A stretch of 63,991 nucleotides of DNA, the filler included, from Candidatus Hydrogenedentota bacterium (GTDB lineage Bacteria; JBFMHD01), in the NCBI GenBank assembly GCA_040752395.1. It is 14 parts of 14 records of this genome, joined end to end, with 100 filler letters (N's around TTAATTAATTAA, not from the genome) between each part and the next. Parts side by side here need not be neighbours in the genome. Positions count along the whole stretch, not along the records: positions 33,089 to 35,473 come from JBFMHD010000306.1; positions 35,574 to 37,903 come from JBFMHD010000307.1; positions 38,004 to 40,264 come from JBFMHD010000309.1; positions 40,365 to 57,554 come from JBFMHD010000031.1; 10 more parts are not named here. One strand, given 5' to 3'. Below are positions 33,089 through 41,936 of this stretch, one piece after another; position 1 is the stretch's first letter, and every line of letters begins with the position of its first letter. The notes below the pieces were generated by a model. That model made no database searches and was not told the DNA's origin. It saw only the letters and a list, made by a program, of their open reading frames with translations. Made by a program: the position numbers and the translations under genes.

Positions 33089-33375
33089 GCTACAGGCTAC
33101 AGGCTACGGACTACAGCCGGCTGGAGCCCGAAGCCCGGAGCCTGCTGAAAAGTCTTGAGTCTTGAGTCTTGAGTCTCGAGTCCTGTTTTGACTCACGACT
33201 TGCGACTCACGACTCTTTTTATATCATCTTTAGTTTTTCATCCTTTGTGCGCCTTCTCCTTCTGCCTCCTGTCTCCTGTCTTCTTTCTGCCTTTGCCTGC
33301 CTGCCGCGGCGGAGTGCGGCGGAGGCAGGTGCCTCTGTGCCTCTTGCATCTTGCTTCTTTTGTTATCTTACTTCT
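33089..33375 (+). repeat. Composite repeat with nested GC-rich palindrome
   Basis: GGCTAC, GAGTC/GACTC, CTCCTGT and TGTGCCT modules; CCTGCC...GGCAGG at 33296-33329. Confidence 0.9.
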
Positions 33376-33408
33376 AATATATAATATATTGTTCTTTTAG
33401 GCAAGTTT

Positions 33409-35211
33409 TTAGAGAAAATTAGCATCCAATTTTTTGCCTTTATAAAAATAGTTATACCAGATATCTTTATCATCACGTAATCTGTCAAAAAATGGAATAT
33501 AAGAGATTTTGAAATAATAAGCGTTGGTTTGTGTTAAGCGAGGGATATAGAAGAAGATTCTTTCTTTGTAGATGGTATGAGTTTTTAGCTTGTTAAGACA
33601 GAAATGTTCATAGAGAGGAGAAAAAAGGTTATAAAACAGGATATTTTCTGATTTATCAAATAATACAAGAGCTAACCCAAATTTTGTCTCCTGGGCTTTC
33701 TTGAGATAGAAATATAGATCAAAGTGATACACAGTTCTTGGTTTGATTTTATCAGGTATATCTATATAAAAACTTACAGTATCATTGAGGTCATTAAATA
33801 AACATCTCTCAATTTGGGAGAAAGTTGTTAGTTCCGTATCTTTTGAGATTTTCCAGAGAAGATTATCCTGAACCAATGGATAGATTTTACTTATATCAGA
33901 GTGAGGGAATACAAGATAGGTATTATCATAAGTAGATAGTTTCTGGATTTCATTCAACCAGGAGTCATTGAATAGATTTGCTCTCATAATTATATTTATA
34001 TCATCTCTGTTTTTTAATACGTATTTATTATACCAGAGTGCTGTAGCATAATGCCAGCTGGAGAGAATAACAGAGTTTTCAGGAAGATTTCTATTTATTG
34101 TTTGCAGATAATCAAAAGCAAGATAGCTATGTGAGCGGCTAAGATGTGTCCCTGAAAACTTATAGAAGAAAAACTGGAAACAGATAACGAGTACGCAGAT
34201 TATCAATGATATATTTTTAGACAATTTATTAAATAGTCTATGTAATCCGCATCCTGCATAGATTGATAATAGCAAGTAAGCAGGTAAGAGATAAACGTCA
34301 AAATCAGGTATTTTGTAGAATATTGCGGTGAGGATTATAAATAAAATAGAGAATAGAGATGAATAAAAAAACGGTTTATTTTTTTCTATTAAAAAGATAA
34401 TGCCAGAAGGTATAACAAGACATAATAAAAAGAACTGGAATATTATATCAGAAATAATCTTTATTATTTTTACTTTCATCGGGATTAATTGTAAATATCC
34501 TTTTTCTGAACGGAAATGAGAACCCGAGATATAATCGAAGAACTCTTTTATATTCGATACACAAGGCCAGTCAAGTATAGTAACATCCCCGGCAGACCTT
34601 ATTGGTATATATAGATATACGGTTAGAGATATAAGAAAGCATATTATAGCTAAAAAAATATGTTTGTTTCGTAGTCGTTTAACCCACTGAAAAAAATATA
34701 TTATCCAGAATGGGATAAAAACAATAACATAGAGTAAATGATGCGAGATACCAAGACCAGTAATAAACACGAGAAAACAAATATTTCTTCCGATGTATAT
34801 TAATAGAGAGAGAAAAATAAAAAATAATAAAAGCGGATATACCTCTGGAATTGTTGATTGTATAGTAAATTCGTATGAAATAAGAAAAGAGATGATAGTA
34901 AGAAAAGATGGTATTATATTTAACCCCAGTTTTTGTAAGAGGATATATAATAATACAATTGTTAAAGATGAAGTAAATATTGAAAAAATTGTCATAGAAA
35001 TAAAAGGAGAGAATAGAGGAGAAAGTATTGTTATGAAAGTTTTGCCAAGGAGTAAATAAAGAGGATACCCTGTACTATGAACAAAAGATAAAAGATATGC
35101 ACCTGTGCTTAATTCAGCCGGGTCCCCAAACTGGATGTCTGGTGGAGAAAGAAGATAAAGATAAATGAATGATAAAAAGAAGATACAAAAATATAAAACA
35201 AAGTTTTTCAT
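33409..35211 (-). CDS. DUF2723 (TMEM260-like) GT-C membrane glycosyltransferase
   Basis: GDPAEL, HSTGYPLY, PEVY, GISHH, YLYIPIRS. Confidence 0.8.
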   Translation of the reverse strand: MKNFVLYFCIFFLSFIYLYLLSPPDIQFGDPAELSTGAYLLSFVHSTGYPLYLLLGKTFITILSPLFSPFISMTIFSIFTSSLTIVLLYILLQKLGLNIIPSFLTIISFLISYEFTIQSTIPEVYPLLLFFIFLSLLIYIGRNICFLVFITGLGISHHLLYVIVFIPFWIIYFFQWVKRLRNKHIFLAIICFLISLTVYLYIPIRSAGDVTILDWPCVSNIKEFFDYISGSHFRSEKGYLQLIPMKVKIIKIISDIIFQFFLLCLVIPSGIIFLIEKNKPFFYSSLFSILFIILTAIFYKIPDFDVYLLPAYLLLSIYAGCGLHRLFNKLSKNISLIICVLVICFQFFFYKFSGTHLSRSHSYLAFDYLQTINRNLPENSVILSSWHYATALWYNKYVLKNRDDINIIMRANLFNDSWLNEIQKLSTYDNTYLVFPHSDISKIYPLVQDNLLWKISKDTELTTFSQIERCLFNDLNDTVSFYIDIPDKIKPRTVYHFDLYFYLKKAQETKFGLALVLFDKSENILFYNLFSPLYEHFCLNKLKTHTIYKERIFFYIPRLTQTNAYYFKISYIPFFDRLRDDKDIWYNYFYKGKKLDANFL

Positions 35212-35224
35212 TGTATTAATATAA

Positions 35225-35357
35225 AACTATAGTTAAGCAGAAAATACAAGATGAAAATTCATAAAAAAGTGAATTTAAGAGAGTTATTTATGTCTAATAT
35301 TTTTTTATTGTTTGTGGGGAACATACACAAAGTATCAAAAATTAATTTTTTGATACA
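35225..35357 (+). repeat. 133-bp repeat, copy 2
   Basis: See 32804-32936. Confidence 0.9.
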
Positions 35358-35573
35358 TTTATTTTTAACTATAGATACTTAAACGAGGGCTTTGTAAATA
35401 TTTTCTGAAATTGAAAGATTATCTTGTCAAAACTTGCGGGTGGCTGTATACTTTGCTGTGTATTAAGCATTGTNNNNNNNNNNNNNNNNNNNNNNNNNNN
35501 NNNNNNNNNNNNNNNNNTTAATTAATTAANNNNNNNNNNNNNNNNNNNNNNNNNNNNNNNNNNNNNNNNNNNN

Positions 35574-35700
35574 ACTGTTGCGGGCAGTGATAGTGCCGAA
35601 TGTCCTGCCTAAATCAGGTTACCATCGATAACTTGGAGAAGATGGTCATCGTCTTAAGTCGAAGGCAGGTACGATAATCAAAAACAAGTGTCGGTTGCTG
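35574..35700 (+). repeat. 127-bp exact terminal repeat of contig, left
   Basis: Identical to 37777-37903. Confidence 0.95.
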
Positions 35701-35716
35701 CGCCAGGCAGCCGACA
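35689..35716 (-). terminator. Probable intrinsic terminator after peptide genes
   Basis: TGTCGGCTGC...AGCAACCGACA stem followed by CTTGTTTTTG on the minus strand. Confidence 0.5.
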
Positions 35717-35733
35717 GGAGAGTCACATTCTTT

Positions 35734-35913
35734 TTATGTCGGATCAGGTACTGTTATAATAATCCCTCTCTCAGGAGCAGGATTCTTTATGCCGCCCAGG
35801 GTCCCCCTAAGGTAAGTCCCGATGTTTCCACCTATGACTTTTTTCAACTCCTGTCTGCTGATCTTCTGGTTCTTTTTTAAATCCTTAATCTTGATTTTTA
35901 TTATTGGGTTCAC
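35734..35913 (-). CDS. Double-glycine leader peptide precursor 2 (not in ORF track)
   Basis: MNPIIKIKIKDLKKNQKISRQELKKVIGG-NIGTYLRGTLGGIKNPAPERGIIITVPDPT. Confidence 0.7.
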   Translation of the reverse strand: MNPIIKIKIKDLKKNQKISRQELKKVIGGNIGTYLRGTLGGIKNPAPERGIIITVPDPT

Positions 35914-35945
35914 CCACTTTAAAGGACTTAACAGTTACAATAAAT

Positions 35946-36152
35946 TTACCAGTACTGTTTAAGACAATGAAACATGAGTAATCTTGCTTTTATAGGCATA
36001 ATACATTTACATATCTGACACCTCAGGATACCTGCTGTATACATCTTATATTCACAAGCTTCACATATTTTTATTCGTTCTTCATATTCGCTTTTTGATG
36101 CTATAAATTTTCTCTTTTTTATTTTGATATCACTTATTTCAATTTTTACCAT
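35946..36152 (-). CDS. Small Cys-rich protein, DUF6171-like
   Basis: RIKICEAC...CQICKC...KA...C...W. Confidence 0.7.
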   Translation of the reverse strand: MVKIEISDIKIKKRKFIASKSEYEERIKICEACEYKMYTAGILRCQICKCIMPIKARLLMFHCLKQYW

Positions 36153-36203
36153 TTATAATAATACTTTAGTGTTCGTCACTATATACTCACATACTGTCTA
36201 TCA

Positions 36204-36368
36204 TCATGAAAACATTTTAAGATATTCTGGAGACTGCTGACCACCGGTAGGTTTAGATAATGGCATATCCACTACTATACCGCAGCATGGACCTCCAAAG
36301 ATATTTTTCATCTCTGCTTTACTTATTTTTTTATTTCGTGGTAAATCTTTAATCTTGATTCTTACCAT
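36204..36368 (-). CDS. Double-glycine leader peptide precursor 1 (not in ORF track)
   Basis: MVRIKIKDLPRNKKISKAEMKNIFGG-PCCGIVVDMPLSKPTGGQQSPEYLKMFS; AAGAAGGT SD. Confidence 0.8.
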   Translation of the reverse strand: MVRIKIKDLPRNKKISKAEMKNIFGGPCCGIVVDMPLSKPTGGQQSPEYLKMFS

Positions 36369-36404
36369 TGGTGTTACCTTCTTTGATTTAAGTATTTTGA
36401 TTAA

Positions 36405-36432
36405 ATTATACTATAATAATACAAAATGTCAA
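36405..36432 (-). promoter_or_regulatory. Consensus promoter for the peptide cluster
   Basis: TTGACA-N16-TATAAT. Confidence 0.7.
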
Positions 36433-36516
36433 AGTGAATTTTATCACAATTTACACAACCAAAATTAGGAATCAGGGGTCAGGAGTCAGACTGCCTACTG
36501 CCTATCTCCTTATACC

Positions 36517-36909
36517 CTATCCCCTATTCCCTTTGTGCCTCTGTGCCTCTGTGCCTCTTTTCTTACGTCTTGCATTTTTACGTTCCAATATACTTTTGAT
36601 TTTATAGAAAAAGTCTTCAGGCTCAATCCTTTTTATAGGATGTCTATTATCTTCAGTATCGAGGTGTTCATGCCAGCCCTCAGGTGGATAATTGTTAATC
36701 CTGTAAATTTTACCGTCCGCTCTTTGCCAATGATAATAATATTTATCCAGGATTATATTGACAAAAACATCTACATAACTGCCATCTATAAGATGATACC
36801 TGAGTTTTGCGGTTGTAACTTTTTTTGATAGCGTCTCCTGTCTCTCTACTATCTCTGAATGATCTGCCACAGAATTCAATCGTGATAAAAAGTTATCTAA
36901 TTCCGTCAC
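36517..36909 (-). CDS. DUF6516/TumE-like protein
   Basis: KYYYHWQ...IYRINN...WHEH; C-terminal RGTEAQRHKG is repeat-derived. Confidence 0.6.
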   Translation of the reverse strand: MTELDNFLSRLNSVADHSEIVERQETLSKKVTTAKLRYHLIDGSYVDVFVNIILDKYYYHWQRADGKIYRINNYPPEGWHEHLDTEDNRHPIKRIEPEDFFYKIKSILERKNARRKKRGTEAQRHKGNRG

Positions 36910-36910
36910 T

Positions 36911-37213
36911 TTATGAACCTATTTCCCTTAACTTCTCTTCCAGATAACTCAGTTCTGTAACTTGAGCTCCCCAATCAAAAAAGTCATTTTCTGTACGAAT
37001 GATCCCATTCTGTTCAATACGTCGAACAAAATCGCTATCTTTTAATCTTTTTTCAAAACTGCTGTAATCCATACCATATTTCGTTTCATATTCTTTAATT
37101 TTGTCTCTGGCTTCCCTTATCTTCTGAATTATTACATCTCTTAAAATAAGATTAATGGCCTCATCTTCTTTATCTTTGCCTGTTATCTCTTTTGCTATTT
37201 CTGTAACGCTCAT
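36911..37213 (-). CDS. Small antitoxin-like hypothetical protein
   Basis: YETKYGMDYSSFE...ENDFFDW; GAGGAGG SD. Confidence 0.6.
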   Translation of the reverse strand: MSVTEIAKEITGKDKEDEAINLILRDVIIQKIREARDKIKEYETKYGMDYSSFEKRLKDSDFVRRIEQNGIIRTENDFFDWGAQVTELSYLEEKLREIGS

Positions 37214-37224
37214 TAGAAACCTCC

Positions 37225-37587
37225 TCATAATGTAAAATCAAGTATCTTTTTACATTTAATATAGATTAAATTATATCTATAATACAGAATGTCAAGATGA
37301 ATTATTTCAGAATCAAACCAGTGGACGGTTATAATATGAACATACTCTCCATCGAAAGCACAAGACACATACATAGGTTTATTTTTTTCAATAAACCCCG
37401 TAATCAAACATTTCGGAAATGGTTTAGCCTTCGGATATTGTTCGATTATTTCACCCTCGAAGATCACTAAAAGAATATCCTTATCCTCTACTTCTCTTTC
37501 TCCCATCCGTTGTTTAGCATGGGTTTTGATAATGTATTTATCTTTTTTTACAGTGTCTCTAACTTGTTCTATGTTGATTTCTCTCAT
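37225..37587 (-). CDS. DUF4258-domain protein with probably replaced C-terminus
   Basis: HAKQRMGER, GEIIEQYP, PKCLI, HIITVH. Confidence 0.8.
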   Translation of the reverse strand: MREINIEQVRDTVKKDKYIIKTHAKQRMGEREVEDKDILLVIFEGEIIEQYPKAKPFPKCLITGFIEKNKPMYVSCAFDGEYVHIITVHWFDSEIIHLDILYYRYNLIYIKCKKILDFTL

Positions 37588-37776
37588 AAACTATTATATA
37601 TAACTTTTATCAAATCTATTAAATAGTCACGTATATATCTTGATTGTTTGAACCATCTTTTTCACTATTGAACAGGGCAAGCCGAATAACAGCTGGCCGA
37701 ACGTCCATACTGACAGCAGGGTGCTCATCTACCATTTCGGTCTAACTGAGACTTCTTATTAAACGGTGGTTTTCGA

Positions 37777-37903
37777 ACTGTTGCGGGCAGTGATAGTGCC
37801 GAATGTCCTGCCTAAATCAGGTTACCATCGATAACTTGGAGAAGATGGTCATCGTCTTAAGTCGAAGGCAGGTACGATAATCAAAAACAAGTGTCGGTTG
37901 CTG
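37777..37903 (+). repeat. 127-bp exact terminal repeat of contig, right
   Basis: Identical to 35574-35700. Confidence 0.95.
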
Positions 37904-38003
37904 NNNNNNNNNNNNNNNNNNNNNNNNNNNNNNNNNNNNNNNNNNNNTTAATTAATTAANNNNNNNNNNNNNNNNNNNNNNNNNNNNNNNNNNNNNNNNN
38001 NNN

Positions 38004-38193
38004 AGTCAAAACAGGACTCGAGACTCAAGACTCAAGACTTTTCAGCAGGCTTTTGGCTTTTGGCTCCAGCCGGCTGTAGTCCGTAGCCTGTAGCCTGTAG
38101 CCCGTCCTGATACTTCTCACTTCTTCCGTTATCTTGCTTCTTGCCTCTTGCTTCTACTTGATATTATTATAGTTACAATGTTTTTCGAAGGAG
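38004..38193 (+). repeat. Composite repeat supplying the clpB SD
   Basis: ...TTGATATTATTATAGTTACAATGTTTTTCGAAGGAG-AACCAAA-ATG. Confidence 0.95.
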
Positions 38194-38200
38194 AACCAAA

Positions 38201-40264
38201 ATGGTCATTCAACCTGAGAAATTTACTATAAAAGCGCAAGAAGCATTAGCTCTTGCTTATAAAGAAGCAAGAAAAAATTCTAATCAGGAAATTATGCCTG
38301 AACATCTGTTTTATGGCCTATTGATCCAGGATGACAGCATAATAAAACCATTGTTAAACAAAGTTGGTGGTAATTATAGTAGGATACTTAAAAGAGTTGA
38401 AAGACGGTTCCAGAGACTGCCAAAAGTTAGTGGTTTCCAGAACGAGTATGCGAGCAGAGAATTTGTTAATGTTTTAGATGAAGCAGAAAATGTAATGAAT
38501 TTTTTTAAAGATGAATATATCTCCTGCGACCATTTATTTATTGCTTTATTAAGAGATGGGGGTGAAGTCAGAGAAATACTTTTTGATGAGGGTATAAAAG
38601 AGAGAGAGCTATTAAAAGCGATAAAAGATATTCGTGGGAGTCAACAGGTGACTGACCCGAATTCAGAATCTAAATATCAGTTATTAGAAAAATATACCCG
38701 TGATTTAACCCAACTTGCAAGGGAGTCCAAACTCGATCCTGTAATTGGCAGAGATGAAGAGATAAGAAGGACGGTTCAGGTTTTATCAAGAAGAACAAAA
38801 AATAATCCTGTTTTAATCGGTGATCCCGGGGTCGGTAAAACTGCGATTGTTGAAGGTTTAGCAAGACGCATTATAGCTTTTGATGTGCCTGAAGGATTGA
38901 AACATAAGAGATTGCTATCTCTTGATTTAGGTGCTTTGATAGCAGGGACTAAGTACAGGGGCGAGTTTGAGGAGAGATTAAAAGCGGTATTAAAAGAGAT
39001 ATCTGGTTCGAACGGGAGTATAATTTTATTTATTGATGAGTTACACACGATAGTAGGGGCGGGTGCTTGTGAAGGGGCTATGGATGCTGGGAATATGTTA
39101 AAACCTGCGTTAGCAAGAGGCGAGCTACACTGTATAGGTGCTACAACGCTTGATGAGTATCGTAAACACATAGAGAAAGATGCTGCGCTTGAGCGTAGAT
39201 TTCAGCCGATTTTTGTATCCCAGCCATCAATCGAAGACACCATCTCAATTTTACGAGGTTTAAAGGAACGATATGAGATTCATCACGGTGTAAGGATTCA
39301 GGATGCTGCCCTGATAGCTGCCGCAAGATCATCAGCTCGTTATATAACAGACAGGTTTCTACCTGATAAAGCGATAGATTTAATAGATGAATCAGCATCA
39401 AAAATAAGAATTGAGATAGATTCTATGCCATCAGAGATTGATGTGATAAATCGAAAGATTATGCAACTTGAGATTGAAAACCAGGCTTTAAAAAAAGAAA
39501 ATGATGACGCTTCAAAAAAACGATTAAAAGAGATAGAAAGTGAGACCGAAAATCTTAAAGAAGAAGTAAATGCATTAATCGCACACTGGCACAAAGAAAA
39601 AGAATTAATAAAAACAGTGAGTAATCTCAAAGAACAGATAGAACAGACCAAAGTAGATATAGAAAAATCAAAGAGATATGGTGATTTAGAAAGAGCAGCA
39701 GAACTCCAGTACAGTGTATTAATGAGGTTGCAGAAAGAAACAGAAGATAAAAACAAAGAACTTTCAGAATTGCAAAGAACTAAAAAGTTCTTAAGAGAAG
39801 AAGTATCCGAAGAAGATGTAGCAAGTATTGTCTCGAAGTGGACAGGGATCCCGCTTGACAGACTTCTTGAAAGTGAAAAAGCGAAACTTTTACGTATGGA
39901 AGAAAACCTGCACAAACGAGTAATCGGTCAGGATAAAGCGGTCTCTTTGGTCAGTGAAGCCATACGCAGAGCAAGAACAGGATTAAAAGACCCAAAGCGA
40001 CCCATCGGCTCGTTTATCTTTCTTGGACCCACAGGTGTTGGTAAAACCGAGCTCGCACGCGCACTGGCTGAATTCTTATTTGATACTGAGGATGCTATTG
40101 TTCGGATAGATATGTCTGAGTATATGGAGAAACATTCTGTAGCACGATTGATCGGTGCACCACCAGGTTATGTTGGTTATGAAGAGGGTGGTAGTTTAAC
40201 TGAAGCTGTGAGACGAAGACCATATTCAGTTGTTTTATTTGACGAGTTAGAAAAAGCCCACCCG
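38201..40264 (+). CDS. clpB: ClpB chaperone (partial)
   Basis: Two AAA modules ([16 protein letters not shown]) with coiled-coil middle domain. Confidence 0.95.
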
Positions 40265-40565
40265 NNNNNNNNNNNNNNNNNNNNNNNNNNNNNNNNNNNN
40301 NNNNNNNNTTAATTAATTAANNNNNNNNNNNNNNNNNNNNNNNNNNNNNNNNNNNNNNNNNNNNTGCGGATAATCTTTGATTTATCGAGTGGTAGTGATG
40401 TATCGGTTGATGTAGGAGACACTGCTAATAAGGCTGATAAAGGACAGGATACAGACAAAGGATATATGAGTTTCATAGTGAGGATAAAGTAATTATAAGA
40501 ATTACACAGACCGCTCATCTGTGTAGTGTTTAAACTTAAGTTTAAACCTTCTTCTCCAAAAGAGT

Positions 40566-40594
40566 TCCAGCTGGGTTAACCCGGCCCAGCTGGA
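40566..40594. terminator. GC-rich hairpin
   Basis: TCCAGCTGGG...CCCAGCTGGA. Confidence 0.5.
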
Positions 40595-40787
40595 TTGTAG
40601 AGTTCAAATTGCGGGTTTTAAAGATGAAATATGGAGATAGAAGTCAGTTTAAGTACTGAAGTACCAATGACTAATGACTATTTTATAGAGTGGTCAGTAG
40701 TCAATTGAGGTATTTAAGTACTAAGGCCGAAGTAGTAAGGGTCTTTAGACCCGAGGCAGTGAGTGGTTAGTAGTCAATTCAGGAGGT

Positions 40788-41918
40788 TTGAACGTGTATA
40801 AACATCTTATTATTGGGATTAGTTGCTTAATCGTGATGACTTATGCAGGGATTGGCCTTGGTCAAAACAAGTTAATTGAGGAGATAAAGATACTCGATGT
40901 ATCTAAGAATACTATAACTGTATATTTTAAAACAACGAGACCGAGTTCTGGTGTTGTGAAATATGGGATGTTTAAAACCAAGCTTGATAATATTACCTAT
41001 AGTATAGGTCCGGCCACGGAGCATTATGGTACTATGGTAGATTTACAGGAAGGGAGTGAGGTATGGTTCAGGATTGAATGTACTGATACAGCAGGTGTTA
41101 TGGAAACCACTAATATATATAAGGAAGAGACTAAAGGGATTCCACCCTTGAGACTTATAAGATCAGATGTTGAAGGGGTAACAGATTCTGGGGGTATGGT
41201 GGTGGTTATAACTAATTTACCAACAAAACTATGGTTTGAGGCGAGTATGGATATAAAGAAGTTAAGAGAGATAGTGGAGGAGACAGAACAATGGAGTGGT
41301 GTATATAGATCATATCATCCTATTTATATAAATGGTCATAAGATTAGATTAGATGCGTTCCCGCCTCTTACAGATGTTTATTATAGATTTTCAGCAGAAG
41401 ACACGCTGGGTAGGAGCCTGAGATCAGATATTTTGTCCTTCAAAACAAATGAATTAAATGTAGCTATCTATAAACCAGTTGAAGGTAATTTTGATAATCC
41501 GCGATTAGTTACTGATGGGGGATTAAATTATTTTAATAGCATGGCAACGAGTGGAGACCCTATGTATAAAGAGCAATGGATTATAGTTGATTTAGAGGAT
41601 TTTGTTGAAATCGATAAAATTATAACTTATTGGAGAAGTATAACAAGGCCGCTTGATTTTGATATATATGGTAGTTTTGATAAAGAGAATTGGAAACCTA
41701 TAGCAGAGCATTTAACAACAGATAGTGGAACAGGTGGTTTAAGCCAGACAGGGGACCCATTACATATACTTACAGTTGATGCTAAAGGAGTTATGTATAG
41801 ATACTTAAAGCTATATATACCAAAAGGTGCTAAATATTTTAAGAAAAGGAGGGGATTAGACTTTGTTCAATTATTTGAGATAAAGGTGTATCCGGTTGTG
41901 AGGATGAAAGAAAGATAA
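40788..41918 (+). CDS. Secreted FN3 plus discoidin (F5/8C) domain protein
   Basis: Signal peptide; QWIIVDL...YRYLKL...EIKVY. Confidence 0.7.
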   Translation: MNVYKHLIIGISCLIVMTYAGIGLGQNKLIEEIKILDVSKNTITVYFKTTRPSSGVVKYGMFKTKLDNITYSIGPATEHYGTMVDLQEGSEVWFRIECTDTAGVMETTNIYKEETKGIPPLRLIRSDVEGVTDSGGMVVVITNLPTKLWFEASMDIKKLREIVEETEQWSGVYRSYHPIYINGHKIRLDAFPPLTDVYYRFSAEDTLGRSLRSDILSFKTNELNVAIYKPVEGNFDNPRLVTDGGLNYFNSMATSGDPMYKEQWIIVDLEDFVEIDKIITYWRSITRPLDFDIYGSFDKENWKPIAEHLTTDSGTGGLSQTGDPLHILTVDAKGVMYRYLKLYIPKGAKYFKKRRGLDFVQLFEIKVYPVVRMKER

Positions 41919-41936
41919 CGAAAGAAGCAAGAAGTA

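Noticed and set aside
24108-33400. Short ORFs 24108-24323, 33169-33384 and 33188-33400, plus 5' extensions MLLASCLLL (25346) and MLLLDIIRV (58153)
   Set aside because: These are translations of repeat modules. The real starts are at 25274 and 58210.
32804-35357. DGR template/variable repeat pair
   Set aside because: Non-coding, only 2 mismatches that are not consistently adenine-directed, and no reverse transcriptase.
37680-37745. Integron attC sites (GTTAGAC, GTTCGGC cores)
   Set aside because: No complete RYYYAAC...GTTRRRY hairpin could be built by eye and no intI is present. IntegronFinder would be needed.
30591-38193. CRISPR or TIGR-like array
   Set aside because: Repeats are dispersed mosaics with no regular repeat-spacer alternation and no cas or tas genes.
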